Positions 36,438-50,800 of a DNA stretch of 64,000 nt are shown here, in pieces. Numbering within the stretch: the stretch's first letter is position 1; each line of letters begins with the position of its first letter. The DNA lies in contig NW_018479974.1 in NCBI RefSeq assembly GCF_002113885.1, forward strand, positions 1-64,000. The letters are read 5' to 3'. The notes beneath the pieces were generated by a model. That model did no database searches, was not told the origin of the DNA, and was given only the letters and a program-made list of their open reading frames with translations. Source of the stretch: Mizuhopecten yessoensis. Its lineage: Eukaryota. Both the position numbers and the translations under genes were made by a program.

Positions 36438-37645
36438 AAGTCTTATACTATTGTCAATTGGAAAACTCTTCTGGGGATAAACAAATTTATTTATTATACC
36501 CGTGTTGGCATATTATACCTGTTAAGATTAGAGAGGCTCCCAGTGTCCACGTGTACATTACGTAGATCCTATATTTATCGTTTACATATAAATTTCTAAT
36601 CACCTGGAAAAGATTGAAGTCAGTCTTTTAGCCGGAACAGCGAGTAAACGATATCTCAGAAAATAAACATACAGGTTTGTACTATAATAAAATCAGGGAG
36701 ACCGACACATCCATCCTTTACGAAAGCCAAGTAACGCGTTAGGCGAGTAACTGATCAACCATGGTAGAATAACATTAAATGTGAATATAAACCTTTTTTC
36801 GTAAACAAATTCACAGAATCATGTTTTCAAATCGGATTCAGCAACAAAGAAATGTGTGTGCTCCTGTCGCAAACTCGGTAAGAATGAGAATGTAGTCATT
36901 GAGAAGAAGAGTGAAATCTATGCACACCTTTGGACGGGAAAAGTGCCCCTTTTTATTACTGTTTTTACATAAATTTGCACATTTCATTCTTAAAACCAAT
37001 TACTTGCATATATATGCAAGATACTGGTTTGAAGAGTGAAAAGAGACCAAAGTAGTTTTTAAAAAATCGTAATGGAAAATTCTCCATCTGGAATTATGGA
37101 ATATTAATGCGTATAATATATAAGTGTGAGAAAAGAGAAATAAGGGAAACTCTAGATACTTTAGGGAAAGGAGAGATAATCAGAGATGTATGCCGAGCAG
37201 CAGTTTATCTAGTTGTACATATGTAAAAACTTATAGTTTCTTGTTGGTACTACAATGTATGTAAAGTGAGACTATAATGTTGACAAACCAGTGATAGCTC
37301 AGACTAGGTCTATAATATTTTTTCATATTTTCCACCCATTGCCTTAACGTAACTGTCAACTCTTCCTCATTAAGAGAGAGCTCGAGACTCCCTCATTTTG
37401 ACCAAAATTTACCAATCTCCCTCGAAACTCCCTCATTCAAGTCCAACTCACACAAACTCAAAATCTACACCCAGTGGTCAAATGTTCCCATAAGTTACTG
37501 GAGGGTGTGTAAAATGATCATAACAGGTGTGTCTGAATCAAATAAATGCTTTTTCATCGGAGTTATTTTGATACAAACAAAAGGAAAGATAAATTGAGCG
37601 AAGTAGTTTCAGTCGCATTACACGCACGTTCTCACTCATTGGAAT

Positions 37646-37830
37646 CACAGGGACCTGACAATTTGTTACAGCTAAATTTGGATCTAAACTAAGGTGTTCA
37701 GAGTAATTTTACATTTTGGGGGGCTTTAGATCGAATTTCGGTAAAAATGACACCCCCAGTGACCATATGCATTGTATACGACTTTACCGAAAGTTCAAAT
37801 ATAGCTGTAACAAATTAGCAGGTCCCTGTG
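37646..37830. mobile_element. 185-bp MITE with CACAG termini
   Basis: 29-bp TIRs CACAGGGACCTGACAATTTGTTACAGCTA / TAGCTGTAACAAATTAGCAGGTCCCTGTG (2 mismatches). Confidence 0.78.
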
Positions 37831-38329
37831 GTTGACACCTATGCCTTTACCCCGAGAGTTGTATTTTGCGACCTTATAATGACCACCAAGATACCTTGTA
37901 ATGCACAAATAGTACTTAATTATCTACCCTTCTATAGATCTCTGTGCGATTCAAGTTTCTCCATTAGCAGACGGTGTAGGGTATACGAAGGCGATCAGTT
38001 CTGTGAATTATTGTCTCCCTTACTCTATAGAACAAAAAGGTATTTAGGGTTGGCAGTTATATAATCATTTGTCACACTAAAAGCAACTTATTTGTGGATT
38101 TTTTTTGTTATATTCTGGTCTTTTAAAAAGTCAGTATTCTATTTTTTATTACTTCAAAATATGTGAGATAAATAAGCGCATTAAATGTTTAGCTGTTGCT
38201 ATATCTTTTTCTAAAATAGACCACGAATACACTTTGTTTTATACAAATACTGTTTAATTACTTGAATCATTTCTTATCTATTCTTCTTATATCTCTTTGC
38301 GATCAACATGACCAGTTTAGATCATTTAT

Positions 38330-38830
38330 AATATACAGTAATATGTACTAAGGGCATCAAACATTCTGAACAAATATGAATGATTGTCTCCCTTCCTCTG
38401 TTACATGTACTAATAGAGTGTTCTCAGTCGCCATGTCATCAATCAGTTTAACTCATTTGTTCGCACCATAAGTGGCCCAAACTGGTTTTTCATGTCTACA
38501 ATTACGTTTTTTATTAAACCATATAAGAGTGTTTAGCATTGCCACTTCATCGTGTCTTACATCCATCCCTTCAACTGGTGTTTGCATTTTTTTACAATAT
38601 TTGCAAGTACTTTTTCAACAAATTGTTATTAATGAGATGTTTACCTCCTTTTTGAACGATGCTAATCATTTGCCTTTGATCTTTATATTCGCCTGACCCA
38701 TCTTATTTTCAAAGCTTCTATATATGAAACATTTAAAACAACAGAAGTGAATCCATTCTTTCAAACTATTTTGGATTTTATAATATGTATTTTTATCTAA
38801 AGTTTTCGAAGCTGCTTTGAGTGTAATGCT
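38330..38830 (-). pseudogene. Decayed LINE (L1/Tx1-like) ORF2 3' fragment
   Basis: The minus strand at 38408-38361 reads TCNRGRETIIHICSEC (zf-RVT-like C...ETxxH...C). Upstream NTYYKIQNSLKEW. Frames are broken. Confidence 0.4.
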
Positions 38831-38947
38831 ATATTCTAAGTCATTACATTTTCTATAAAAATAAGTTTGATACAAAGCTGGCATAGTAAATGCATACAAT
38901 TATATATGCACACCCTAGAATTACAATTTGTCATCATCATCCTCATT

Positions 38948-39373
38948 NNNNNNNNNNNNNNNNNNNNNNNNNNNNNNNNNNNNNNNNNNNNNNNNNNNNN
39001 NNNNNNNNNNNNNNNNNNNNNNNNNNNNNNNNNNNNNNNNNNNNNNNNNNNNNNNNNNNNNNNNNNNNNNNNNNNNNNNNNNNNNNNNNNNNNNNNNNNN
39101 NNNNNNNNNNNNNNNNNNNNNNNNNNNNNNNNNNNNNNNNNNNNNNNNNNNNNNNNNNNNNNNNNNNNNNNNNNNNNNNNNNNNNNNNNNNNNNNNNNNN
39201 NNNNNNNNNNNNNNNNNNNNNNNNNNNNNNNNNNNNNNNNNNNNNNNNNNNNNNNNNNNNNNNNNNNNNNNNNNNNNNNNNNNNNNNNNNNNNNNNNNNN
39301 NNNNNNNNNNNNNNNNNNNNNNNNNNNNNNNNNNNNNNNNNNNNNNNNNNNNNNNNNNNNNNNNNNNNNNNNN
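38948..39373. other. Assembly gap (426 N) flanked by (ATC)n microsatellite
   Basis: TCATCATCAT on the left and ATCATCATC on the right. Confidence 0.95.
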
Positions 39374-40738
39374 ATCATCATCTATAACAACAACAAAGTT
39401 ATACCAATGTAGCAGCATCGTCAAACAGCAGAATCACAAAGACGTTTTCAAGAAAGTATAATTCTGAATACGGGTTTTTGGATCATTCAAAATTATACAT
39501 TACCATTCTCCAAGAATATCACTACGCTTTGTTATTGCTTCATTTTCCATTTGTATTTTAAAGCGCGATAAGAGATATGAAGTAAAGCGTGAACAAATTC
39601 ACATAATTGTGTTTTTCAAATTGAATTCAGCAACAGAGCAATTATTATGCTTCTGGCCCAAACTTGGGAAGAATAGTTAGGGGCATATTGATAAGTAGGC
39701 TGAAATCTGTGCACATGTTTAAATTGAAACATCATTCAGATTTACTACGTAAAAGTGACAACGTTGATTGTGAAAGACAAAAGAACCCAGTGATTTGAAG
39801 TGTATCCTGAACGGAAATAGTAATGAATACATCATTTATCAATATGATCAAAATGTCGAAAGCGCATAAAAAAGGCTGTGACGTCACAAGTTCAACGACT
39901 GTGCCATACAGTGTCATAGAGCGAATTAACATCAGTTTTGAGATTACACTTTAAATTTTATGCTACATTTTTACGCAGTGGTAAATTATATTTATCTCGA
40001 GAATATATTTGAATAATGTGATTATTTTTTTTATACATTTTGGTTCAATAATGAATATCATCTCGATCCAACCCTTAGCCTTAGGTGTGACGTCACACCT
40101 GTGTTCAGTTCGGACAACAGGATGCCACAACTTTGTACCTGTGTCCATGTATACGTATGACGTCAAAGAGATGTCAGCAGGTGGCAAAGGGGTACCTGAT
40201 GTTAGAACAATGTACTTAGATTATGTGTTTTCCAAATTTCCATTTAACAACAATGTCCCCAGGCTAGAAAACGGGAAAATGCATAAGGAGCGATTTCAAG
40301 GTAAATATGCATAAATGAATTGCGTAAGTTGATCATAAACTAATACAGTTCATAGATACAACCTGTTCATTAAACCTTATTACAAAACTTATTTCCATGA
40401 CCATGGATACAGTTACATGTTACTTACATGTTTGCAGTGTACCAAGGGACAATATAAACGAACTTGCCATAATCACATGCAATATAAAATATAAAGTATA
40501 AAGATGAAATTCATAAAATTGATGATGCTGTTTTTCAGGTGTTTTTAGTCCTATCATATTTAAGGGGAGGTTTTTCTATAGAGACTAGGAAACGAAAGTG
40601 AGAAGGCAGAGGAATGTGAACAAAATGCATGGATAAGGAATAAACATAACTTTAACCGTATCGTTGAACTCAGAGTCTCGACACGAAAGATTAAGATGGA
40701 TATTGGAGAGATGTATTGATTGAAATGGGAAGTCTGCA

Positions 40739-43012
40739 AGATGGAACGGTGGAGGTGGATGTAGTGGGGACGGAGAGAGGGAGTTGGAGATGGAACGATG
40801 GAGATGGATGTAGTTGGGATGGAGAGAGGGAGTTGGAGATGGAACTATGGAGATGGATGTAGTGGGGACGTAGAGAGGGAGTTGGAGATGGAACAATGGA
40901 GGTGGATGTATTGGGGACGGAGAGAGGGAGTTGGAGATGGAACGTTGGAGATGGACGTAGTGGGGACGGATAGAGGGAGGTGGAGATGGAACGATGGAGG
41001 TGGATGTAGTGGGGACTGAGAGATGGAGTTGGAGATGGAACGGTGGAGATGGATGTAGTTGGGACGGATAGAGGGAGGTGGAGATGGAACGATGGAGGGG
41101 GATGTAGTGGGGACGGATAGAGGGAGGTGGAGATGGAACGATGGAGGTGGATGTAGTGGGGAATGAGAGAGGGAGTTGGAGATGGAACGATGGAGTGGAG
41201 GTGGATGTAGTGGGGACGGATAGAGGGGGTTGGAGATGGAACTATGGAGATGGATGTAGTGGGGACGTAGAGAGGGAGTTGGAGATGGAACGATGGAGAT
41301 TGATGTAGTGGGGACGGAGAGAGGGAGTTGGACATGGAACGATGGAGATGGATGTAGTTGGGATGGAGAGAGGGAGTTGGAGATGGAACGATGGAAGTGG
41401 ATGTGCTCGGGACGGAGAGAGGGAGTGGGAGATGGAACGATGGAGATTGATGTAGTGGGGACGGAGAGAGGGAGTTGGAGATGGAACGTTGGAGATGGAC
41501 GTAGTGGGGACGGATAGAGGGAGGTGGAGATGGAACGATGGAGGTGGATGTAGTGGGGACAGAGAGAGGGAGTTGGAGATGGAACGGTGGAGATGGACGT
41601 AGTGGGGACGGATAGAGGGAGGTGGAGATGGAACGATGGAGGTGGATGTAGTGGGGAATGAGAGAGGGAGTTGGAGATGGAACGATGGAGCTGGATGTAG
41701 TGGGGACGGAGAGAGAGAGTTGGAGATCGAACGATGGAGGTGGAAGTAGTCGGGACGGAGAGAGGGAGTTGGAGATGGAACGTTGGAGATGGACGTAGTG
41801 GGGACGGATAGAGGGAGGTGGAGATGGAACGATGGAGGGGGATGTAGTGGGGACGGAGAGAGAGAGTTGGAGATCGAACGATGGAGGTGGAAGTAGTCGG
41901 GACGGAGAGAGGGAGTTGGAGATGGAACGGTGGAGATGGACGTAGTGGGGACGGATAGAGGGAGGTGGAGATGGAACGATGGAGGTGGATGTAGTGGGGA
42001 ATGAGAGAGGGAGTTGGAGATGGAACGATGGAGGTGGATTTAGTCGGGACGGAGAGAGGGAGTTGGAGATGGAACGGTGGAGATGGACGTAGTGGGGACG
42101 GATAGAGGGAGGTGGAGATGGAACGATGGAGGTGGATGTAGTGGGGACTGAGAGATGGAGTTGGAGATGGAACGGTGGAGATGGATGTAGTTGGGACGGA
42201 TAGAGGGAGGTGGAGATGGAACGATGGAGGGGGATGTAGTGGGGACGGATAGAGGGAGGTGGAGATGGAACGATGGAGGTGGATGTAGTGGGGACGGACA
42301 GAGGGAGGTGGAGATGGAACGATGGAGGTGGATGTAGTGGGGAATGAGAGAGGGAGTTGGAGATGGAACGATGGAGATTGATGTAGTGGGGACGGAGAGA
42401 GGGAGTTGGACATGGAACGATGGAGATGGATGTAGTTGGGATGGAGAGAGGGAGGTGGAGATGGAACTATGGAGATGGATGTAGTGGGGACGTAGAGAGG
42501 GAGTTGGAGATGGAACAATGGAGGTGGATGTATTGGGGACGGAGAGAGGGAGTGGGAGATGGAACGATGGAGATTGATGTAGTGGGGACGGAGAGAGGGA
42601 GTTGGAGATGGAACGGTGGAGATGGACGTAGTGGGGACGGATAGAGGGAGGTGGAGATGGAACGATGGAGGTGGATGTAGTGGGGAATGAGAGAGGGAGT
42701 TGGAGATGGAACGATGGAGTGGAGGTGGATGTAGTGGGGACGGATAGAGGGTGTTGGAGATGGAACTATGGAGGTGGATGTAGTGGGGACGTAGAGAGGG
42801 AGTTGGAGATGGAACAATGGAGGTGGATGTATTGGGGACGGAGAGAGGGAGTGGGAGATGGAACGATGGAGATTGATGTAGTGGGGACGGAGAGAGGGAG
42901 TTGGACATGGAACGATGGAGATGGATGTAGTTGGGATGGAGAGTGGGAGATGGAGATGGAACTATGGAGATGGATGTAGTGGGGACGGAGAGAGGGAGTT
43001 GGAGATGGAACG
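40739..43012. repeat. 49-bp purine-rich minisatellite (GATGGAACGATGGAGGTGGATGTAGTGGGGACGGAGAGAGGGAGTTGGA), about 46 units
   Basis: Direct periodicity with extreme G/A strand skew. Confidence 0.96.
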
Positions 43013-44814
43013 ATTGTGATATGGAGATGAGAGATGAAGAGTGATGGAAATGGTGAGATTGAAAGAACGAGTAACGGAGATGGAGAGATGAGATGGAGAG
43101 AAAGAAAAGAGATAGATTTGAAGACGGAGACGGAAAGAAATCTTGGATGGCGATTTGAAGATGAAGAGAGGTTAGGAGAGAGAGAAAAGTGGAGAGGTTT
43201 TCTCTCTGACCTTCAATGTGTCTGTGGCCTCCAGAAACAATGGAGTAAAGTTGATGCGTTGACGTGCTTACGGAAACCATCTCTAGTCCAATATCTTTTT
43301 GCTGGCATTCACTTTCCCCTTGAACAGGGTTTTAATTTTTTAACGCTACGTAAAAAATCGAATGCTTCCAGACGTGTATGTACATTTCAACAAGGGCGCA
43401 ATGACATTTCAACTGATCTGTTTTCCCATTTGACGTCACCACTGGTATATGTTTTATTTGAATTACGTCATTACTGCAGAGCGAGTCTGTGGCAGTATTG
43501 ATTCTGTATCTAAAACCTTCATGGGCACCAAGGTTTCAGCGACTGCATTTGAGGATTGGATATGTTTATGCTGTTGCTCTTATTCCAGTAAAAACCAACA
43601 TGGGAGAATAGCTGCAGCTACCCCAATAAGATTCGGCCAGCATAGCGTAACACCAATTCAAAAGGGAAAGCTGTTCGGGATGGTCCTGATGTACGCATTA
43701 CTTACATTTATATTTCTCTTCTATTCCTCCTAGTCTAGTACTATATTGTGATAACAATAATACTTTAAAATGCAGTTTTGTATACAGAGCTATTTATTTA
43801 CTTAAGTATTAGAACAAAACTTGGATTATAAAAGACAGTGGTAGTACATGCATTTCAGCATTCCCCAATGGTTCTAGATATTGGACAACCAGTCAGGATA
43901 CGTCAGACCCCATTAGCTTAGAGTTAACCAGTGGTTAGGGGGAAATTTCAAATAATGAATACACCATAATAAAAAAAATCTTATATCATTTTCAAAATTG
44001 TTATACATTAGCATATTATTGAGACAAATCAGAATAATGTGTTTTGAGGATTTAGTTTGCATTGGAAGCCCTTGCTTCTTATTGGCAATAATTTGAATAT
44101 TTCAATAACCACTGGTTAAACATTTACCGACCTTTGAGCACCATGGATTGCTAACATTTATTGAAAACTCAATAGAGTCACCACGCTAACGAACCCTTTT
44201 ATACATGAAGTTGACGTTCGTTTATGTTTCAGAGCATCACCCCGGAGCTATAACTGCCCATGGCCGTTTTCGTTTAAACGGTCAAACCGGTCGGACCACT
44301 GTTGTTCGTTTATTAAATAAGGTCGGACCTAGTAATCTGATGCTGCTTTCAGGCGACTCTCTACAAAGCTTTGCAAGGCCTGCATAAACATTTGCAGGTC
44401 CGCCAGGATTTATACCGGAAAATGTTACATTTATAAACGGTCAAACCGGTTGTTCCGCATAAACGAACAGGCCCCAGGTTATACCGAAGGAAGATGAAGA
44501 GCCCGTATGTATTATCCTATACCAACTGGTGATTTGAAGAAAATGAAATAAACGTATTGGTGTTGTGTCATCACCTCCGTTGATTTAAAACTCTTAAGCC
44601 AATTCACAAATGACAAACCCATCGAAAGTTTTAAAATGGAAACGTTGCTTACGTAGGAGCTATTGATCGTGTGCCGTAAGCGGCTGTGCACTCCCAAGCA
44701 ATTGTTCGAATATTTAATACAGACTTTGAATGTCTTGGAGTACTATGCTTAACGTATATAACCTACATGTTGTAATTCCTAAGGAACAATACAAATTTGG
44801 TTTAGCATTGTAAT

Positions 44815-47800
44815 ACTATAATATCTGATAACACGTGACTTATTGACACTACAGTATCTCTGATAACACGTGACATGTAGACACTACAGTATATCTGAAA
44901 CACGTGACTTATAGACACTACAGTTTATCTGGTAACACGTGCCTTATAGACACTACAGGGGCTGACAACACGTGACTTAGAGACACTACAGTATCTCTGT
45001 TAACACGTGACATACAGTTGTGGGATCGCCCAACGTTACACGATGTGCGGTGTGCGCACGATGTGTGCACGGTGTGTGAACGATGTGTGCACGATGTGCG
45101 AACGATAAAAAATTGGGCGATCATATCTTGCGCACATTTGTGTGCACGATGGACGATCGTTGTGCGATAACAATCGTGGTTGGTGTAAATTGAGGAATGC
45201 CTTAACAATATATACGGTTTCGTGTTTAAACATATAAACCTTGATTTTAACGAATGTTTCTATATTCTACCTACACCTATACACTTATCTTTATATCTAT
45301 ACTTTCTTAAATTTAGCAATTGTGTTTTCGGTATTTTTTAAACGACCTTAATCGACACCTGTGAAATCACAACACAGTCCCGTATACAGGTAAACATAGC
45401 CACTAGCCGTCTTCATGTACCTGGACGGTAGTTTTCCCCCGCCCGGGGCGCTTACGTATTTCGTCGGGTAGGGCCAGGGGTGTGAAAAGACAGGTGAAGG
45501 GGAGCTATAGGCAAACCGAATGCAAATAACAAATACTAAACGTCCAGCTGTGTTTTCATTACGGTCATACAGTATCGCATATAAGCTCTATGTGTCAGGT
45601 ACAGGCCAGGTCAAACCCCGATAACTCATCAAATTGTTATTTACATATTCTGTTTCCTTGGTGTGAAACCCATTCTTGACAGTCTTACGGTCACTGTATT
45701 GCTGTGTTACACGCATTGTAAAACTGTACATAATCGTCATTACTGTGATGAGAAATTACAATAATACATATAGTTTTCATTATTGCATACGACCTTCCGT
45801 ATTTTTTTTTCATTCCGTAATATTGATCTACAAATTGTACCCAATCACACAGTTGTGCGGAGAGAAGCGTACAACGGGGCGAACGATTGTTAAATCGCAC
45901 AGTTGTGCGCATCATGTTTGGACGATGTGCGGACGGTGTGTGAACGATGTATGCACGGTGTGCGCATGATATTTTTGGTGCGCTGTGCGGTCACACAACT
46001 GTATATACACTACAGTATCTCTGATAACACCTGACATACGTATAGACACTATAATATCTGATAACACGTGGCTTAATGACACTACATAATCTCTGATAAC
46101 ACGTGACATATAGACACTACAGTATATCTGAAACACGTGATTTATAGACACTACAGTATCTGATAACACGTGAGTTATAGACACTACGGTATCTCTGATA
46201 ACACTTTACTCATAGACATTATATTATCTCTGATAACACGTGACTTATAGACACTACAGTATCTGATAACACATGACATATATACACTACAGCATCTCTG
46301 ATAACACGTGACATACTTATAGACACTATAATATCTGATAACACGTGACTTATTGACACTACAGTATCTCTGATAACACGTCACATGTAGACACTACAGT
46401 ATATCTGAAACACGTGACTTATAGACACTACAGTTTATCTGATAACACGTGAGTTATAGACACTACAGTATCTCTGATAACACGTGACTTATAGACACTA
46501 CAGTATCTCTGATAACACTTGACTCATAGACATTACAGTATATCTGATAACACGTGACTTATGGACATTATATTATCTCTGATAACACGTGACTTATAGA
46601 CACTACAGTATCTGATAACACGTGACTCATAGACATTACAGTATATCTGATAACTCGTGACTTATGGACATTATATTATCTCTGATAACACGTGACATAT
46701 AGACACTACAGTATATCTGATAGAACGTGACTTATAGACACTAAGGTTTCTCTGATAACCCGTGACTTATAGACACTAAGGTATCTCTGATAACACGTGA
46801 CTCATAGACATTACAGTATATCTGATAACACGTGACTTATAGACACTACAGTAAATCTGATAACACGTGACTTATATACAATACAGTATATTTGATAACA
46901 TGTGAATTATAGACACTACAGTATCTCTGATAACACGTGACATATATACACTATAGTATCTCTAATAACACGTGACTTATAGAAACTACGGTATCTCTGA
47001 TAAAACGTGACTTATAGACACTACGGTATCTCTGATAACATGTGACTTATAGACACTACAGTATCTTTGATAACACGTGACTGATAGACACTACAGTATA
47101 TCTGATAACACGTGACTCATAGACACTACAGTATCTCTGATAACATGTGACTTATAGACACTACAGTATCTCTGATAACACTTGACTCATAGACATTATA
47201 TTATCTCTGATAACACGTGACTTATAGACACTACGGTATCTCTGATAACATGTGAATTATAGACACTACAGTATCTGATTTCACGTGACTTATAGACACT
47301 ACAGTATCTGATAACAAGTGACTTATAGACACTACAGTATCTCTGATATGATAAAACGTGACTTATAGACACTACGGGATCTCTGATAACATGTGACTTA
47401 TAGACACTACAGTATCTCCGATAACACGTGACTCATAGACACTACAGTATCTCTGATAACATGTGACTTATAGACACTACAGTATCTTTGATAACACGTG
47501 ACTGATAGACACTACAGTATCTGATAACACGTGACTTATAGACACTACAGTTTCTGATAACTCGTGACGCATAGACGCTACAGTATCTGATAACACGTGA
47601 CTTATAGAGACTACAGTATCTCTGATAAGACGTGACATGTATACACTATAGTATCTCTGATAACACGTGATTTATAGACACTACGGTATCTCTGATAACA
47701 TGTGAATTATAGACACTACAGTATCTCTGATAACACGTGACTTATAGACACTACAGTATCTCTGATAACACGTGACTGAAAGACACTACAGTATCTGATA

Positions 47801-50800
47801 ACACGTGACTTACAGACACTACAGTATCTGATAACACGTGACTGATAGACACTTCAGTATCTGATAACACGTGACTGATAGACACTACAGTATATCTGAT
47901 AACACGTGACTTATAGACACTACAGTATCTCTGATAACATGTGACTTATAGACACTACAGTATCTCTGATAACACGTGACTTATAGACACTACAGTATCT
48001 GATAACACGTGATTTATAGACACTTCAGAATATCTGATAACACGTGACTTATAGACACTACGGTATCTTTGATAACACGTGACTTATAGACACTACAGTT
48101 TTTGATAACACGTGACTTATAGACACTACAGTATCTGATAACACGTGACTTATAGACGCTACAGTATCTGATAACATGTGACTTATAGACACTACAGTAT
48201 CTCCGATAACACGTGACTCATAGACACTACAGTATCTCTGTTAACATGTGACTTATAGACACTACAGTATATCTGAAACACGTGACTTATAGACACTACG
48301 GTATCTTTGATAACACGTGACTGATAGAAACTACAGTATTTATAGACACTACAGTATCTGATGACACGTGACTTATAGACACTACGGTATCTTTTATAAC
48401 ACGTGACTTATAGACACTACAGTATCTCTGATAACACGTGACTGATAGACACTACATTATCTGATAACACGTGACTGATTGGCACTATATTATATATGAT
48501 AACACGTGACTTATAGACACTACAGTATATCTGATAACATGTGACTTATAGACACTACAGTATCTCTGATAACACGTGACTGATAGACACTACAGTATCT
48601 GATAACACGTGACTTATATACACTACAGTATATCTGATAACATGTGACTTATAGACACTACAGTATCTCCGATAACACGTGACTCATAGACACTACAGTA
48701 TCTCTGATAACACGTGACTGATAGAAACTTCAGTATCTGATAACACGTGACTTATAGACACTACAGTATCTGATTTCACGTGACTTATAGACACTACCGT
48801 ATATCTGATAACACGTGACTTATAGACACTACATTATCTGATAACACGTGACTTATAGACACTACAGTATCTCTTATAACACGAGACTGATAGACAATAT
48901 AATATCTCTGATAACACGTGACTTATAGACAATACAGTATATCTGTTAACAAGTGACATATATACACGACAGTATCTCTGATAACACGTGACATACTTAT
49001 AGACACTACAGTATCTCTGATAACACGTGACATATATGTATAGAAACTACAGTATATCTGATAACACGTGACTTATAGACGTGACTTATAGATATTACAT
49101 TATCTCTGACAACACGTGACTTATAGACATTACATTATCTCTGACAACACGTGACTTATAGACATATCATTATCTCTGATAACACGTGACTTATAGACAC
49201 TACAGTATATCTGATAACACGTGACATATACACACTAGTATCTCTGTCAACAAGTGACTTATAGACATTACATTATCTCTGACAACACGTGACTTATAGA
49301 CATATCATTATCTCTGATAACACGTGACTTATAGACACTACGGTATCTCTGATAACACGTGACTTATAGACACTACGGTATCTCTGATAACACGTGACTT
49401 ATAGACACTACACACGTGACTTATAGACACTACAGTATATCTGATAACACGTGACATATACACGCTAGTATCTCTGTCAACAAGTGACTTATAGACATTA
49501 CATTATCTCTGATAACACGTGACTTATTGACACTACAGTATCTCTGATAACACGTGACTTATAGACACTACAGTATCTCTGTCAACACGTGACCTATAGA
49601 CATTACATTATCTCTGGTAACACGTGACATATACACACTACAGTATATCTGATAACACGTGACATATACACACTAGTATCTCTGTCAACAAGTGACTTAT
49701 AGACATTACATTATCTCTGATAACACGTGACTTATAGACACTACAGTATCTCTGTCAACACGTGACCTATAGACATTACATTATCTCTGGTAACACGTGA
49801 CATATACACACTACAGTATCTCTAATAAGACGTGAAATACTTATATACACTACAGTACCTCTGATAACACGTGAATTATAGACACTACAGTAGCTCTGAA
49901 AACACGTGACACATATACACTACAGTATCTCTGTTAACACGTGACATATATACACTACAGTATCTCTGATAACACGTAACATACTTATAGAAACTATAAC
50001 ATCTGATAACACGTGACTTATTGACACTTCAGTATCTCTGATAACACGTTACATGTAGACACTACAGTATCTCTGATAACACGTGACATGTAGACACTAC
50101 AGTATATCTGAAACACGTGACTTAGAGACACTACAGTTTATCTGATAACACGTGAGTTATAGACACTACAGTATCTCTGATAACATTTGACTCATAGACA
50201 TTATAGTATCTCAGATAACACGTGACTTATAGACACTACAGTATCTGATAACACGTGACATACTTGTAGACACTATAATATCTGATAATACGTGACTTAT
50301 AGACACTACAGTATATCTGATAACACGTGACTTATAGACACTACAGTATATCTGAAACACGTGACTTATAGACACTATTACATCTGATTACACGTGACTT
50401 ATTGACACTTCAGTATCTCTGATAACACGTGACATGTAGACACTACAGTATATCTGAAACACGTGACTTATAGACACTACAGTATCTCTGATAACACGTG
50501 ACTTATAGACACTACAGTATCTCTGATAACACTTGACTCAGAGACATTATGTTATCTCTGATAACACGTGACTTATAGATACTACAGATCTCTTATAACA
50601 CGTGACATACTTATAGACACTATAATTTCTGATAACACCTGACTTATTGACACTAAAGTATCTCTGATAACACGTGACATGTAGACAGTACAGTATATCT
50701 GAAACACGTGACTTATAGACATTATTACATCTGATAACACGTGACTTATTGACACTACAGTATCTCTGATAACACGTGACATGTAGACACTACAGTATAT

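Noticed and set aside
38836-39461. ORFs of 165-181 aa across the N run
   Set aside because: Artefacts of translating through an assembly gap.
40845-43280. 811-aa Pro/Ser/His-rich ORF
   Set aside because: By-product of a 49-bp repeat (not a multiple of 3) whose C/T-rich strand lacks stop codons.
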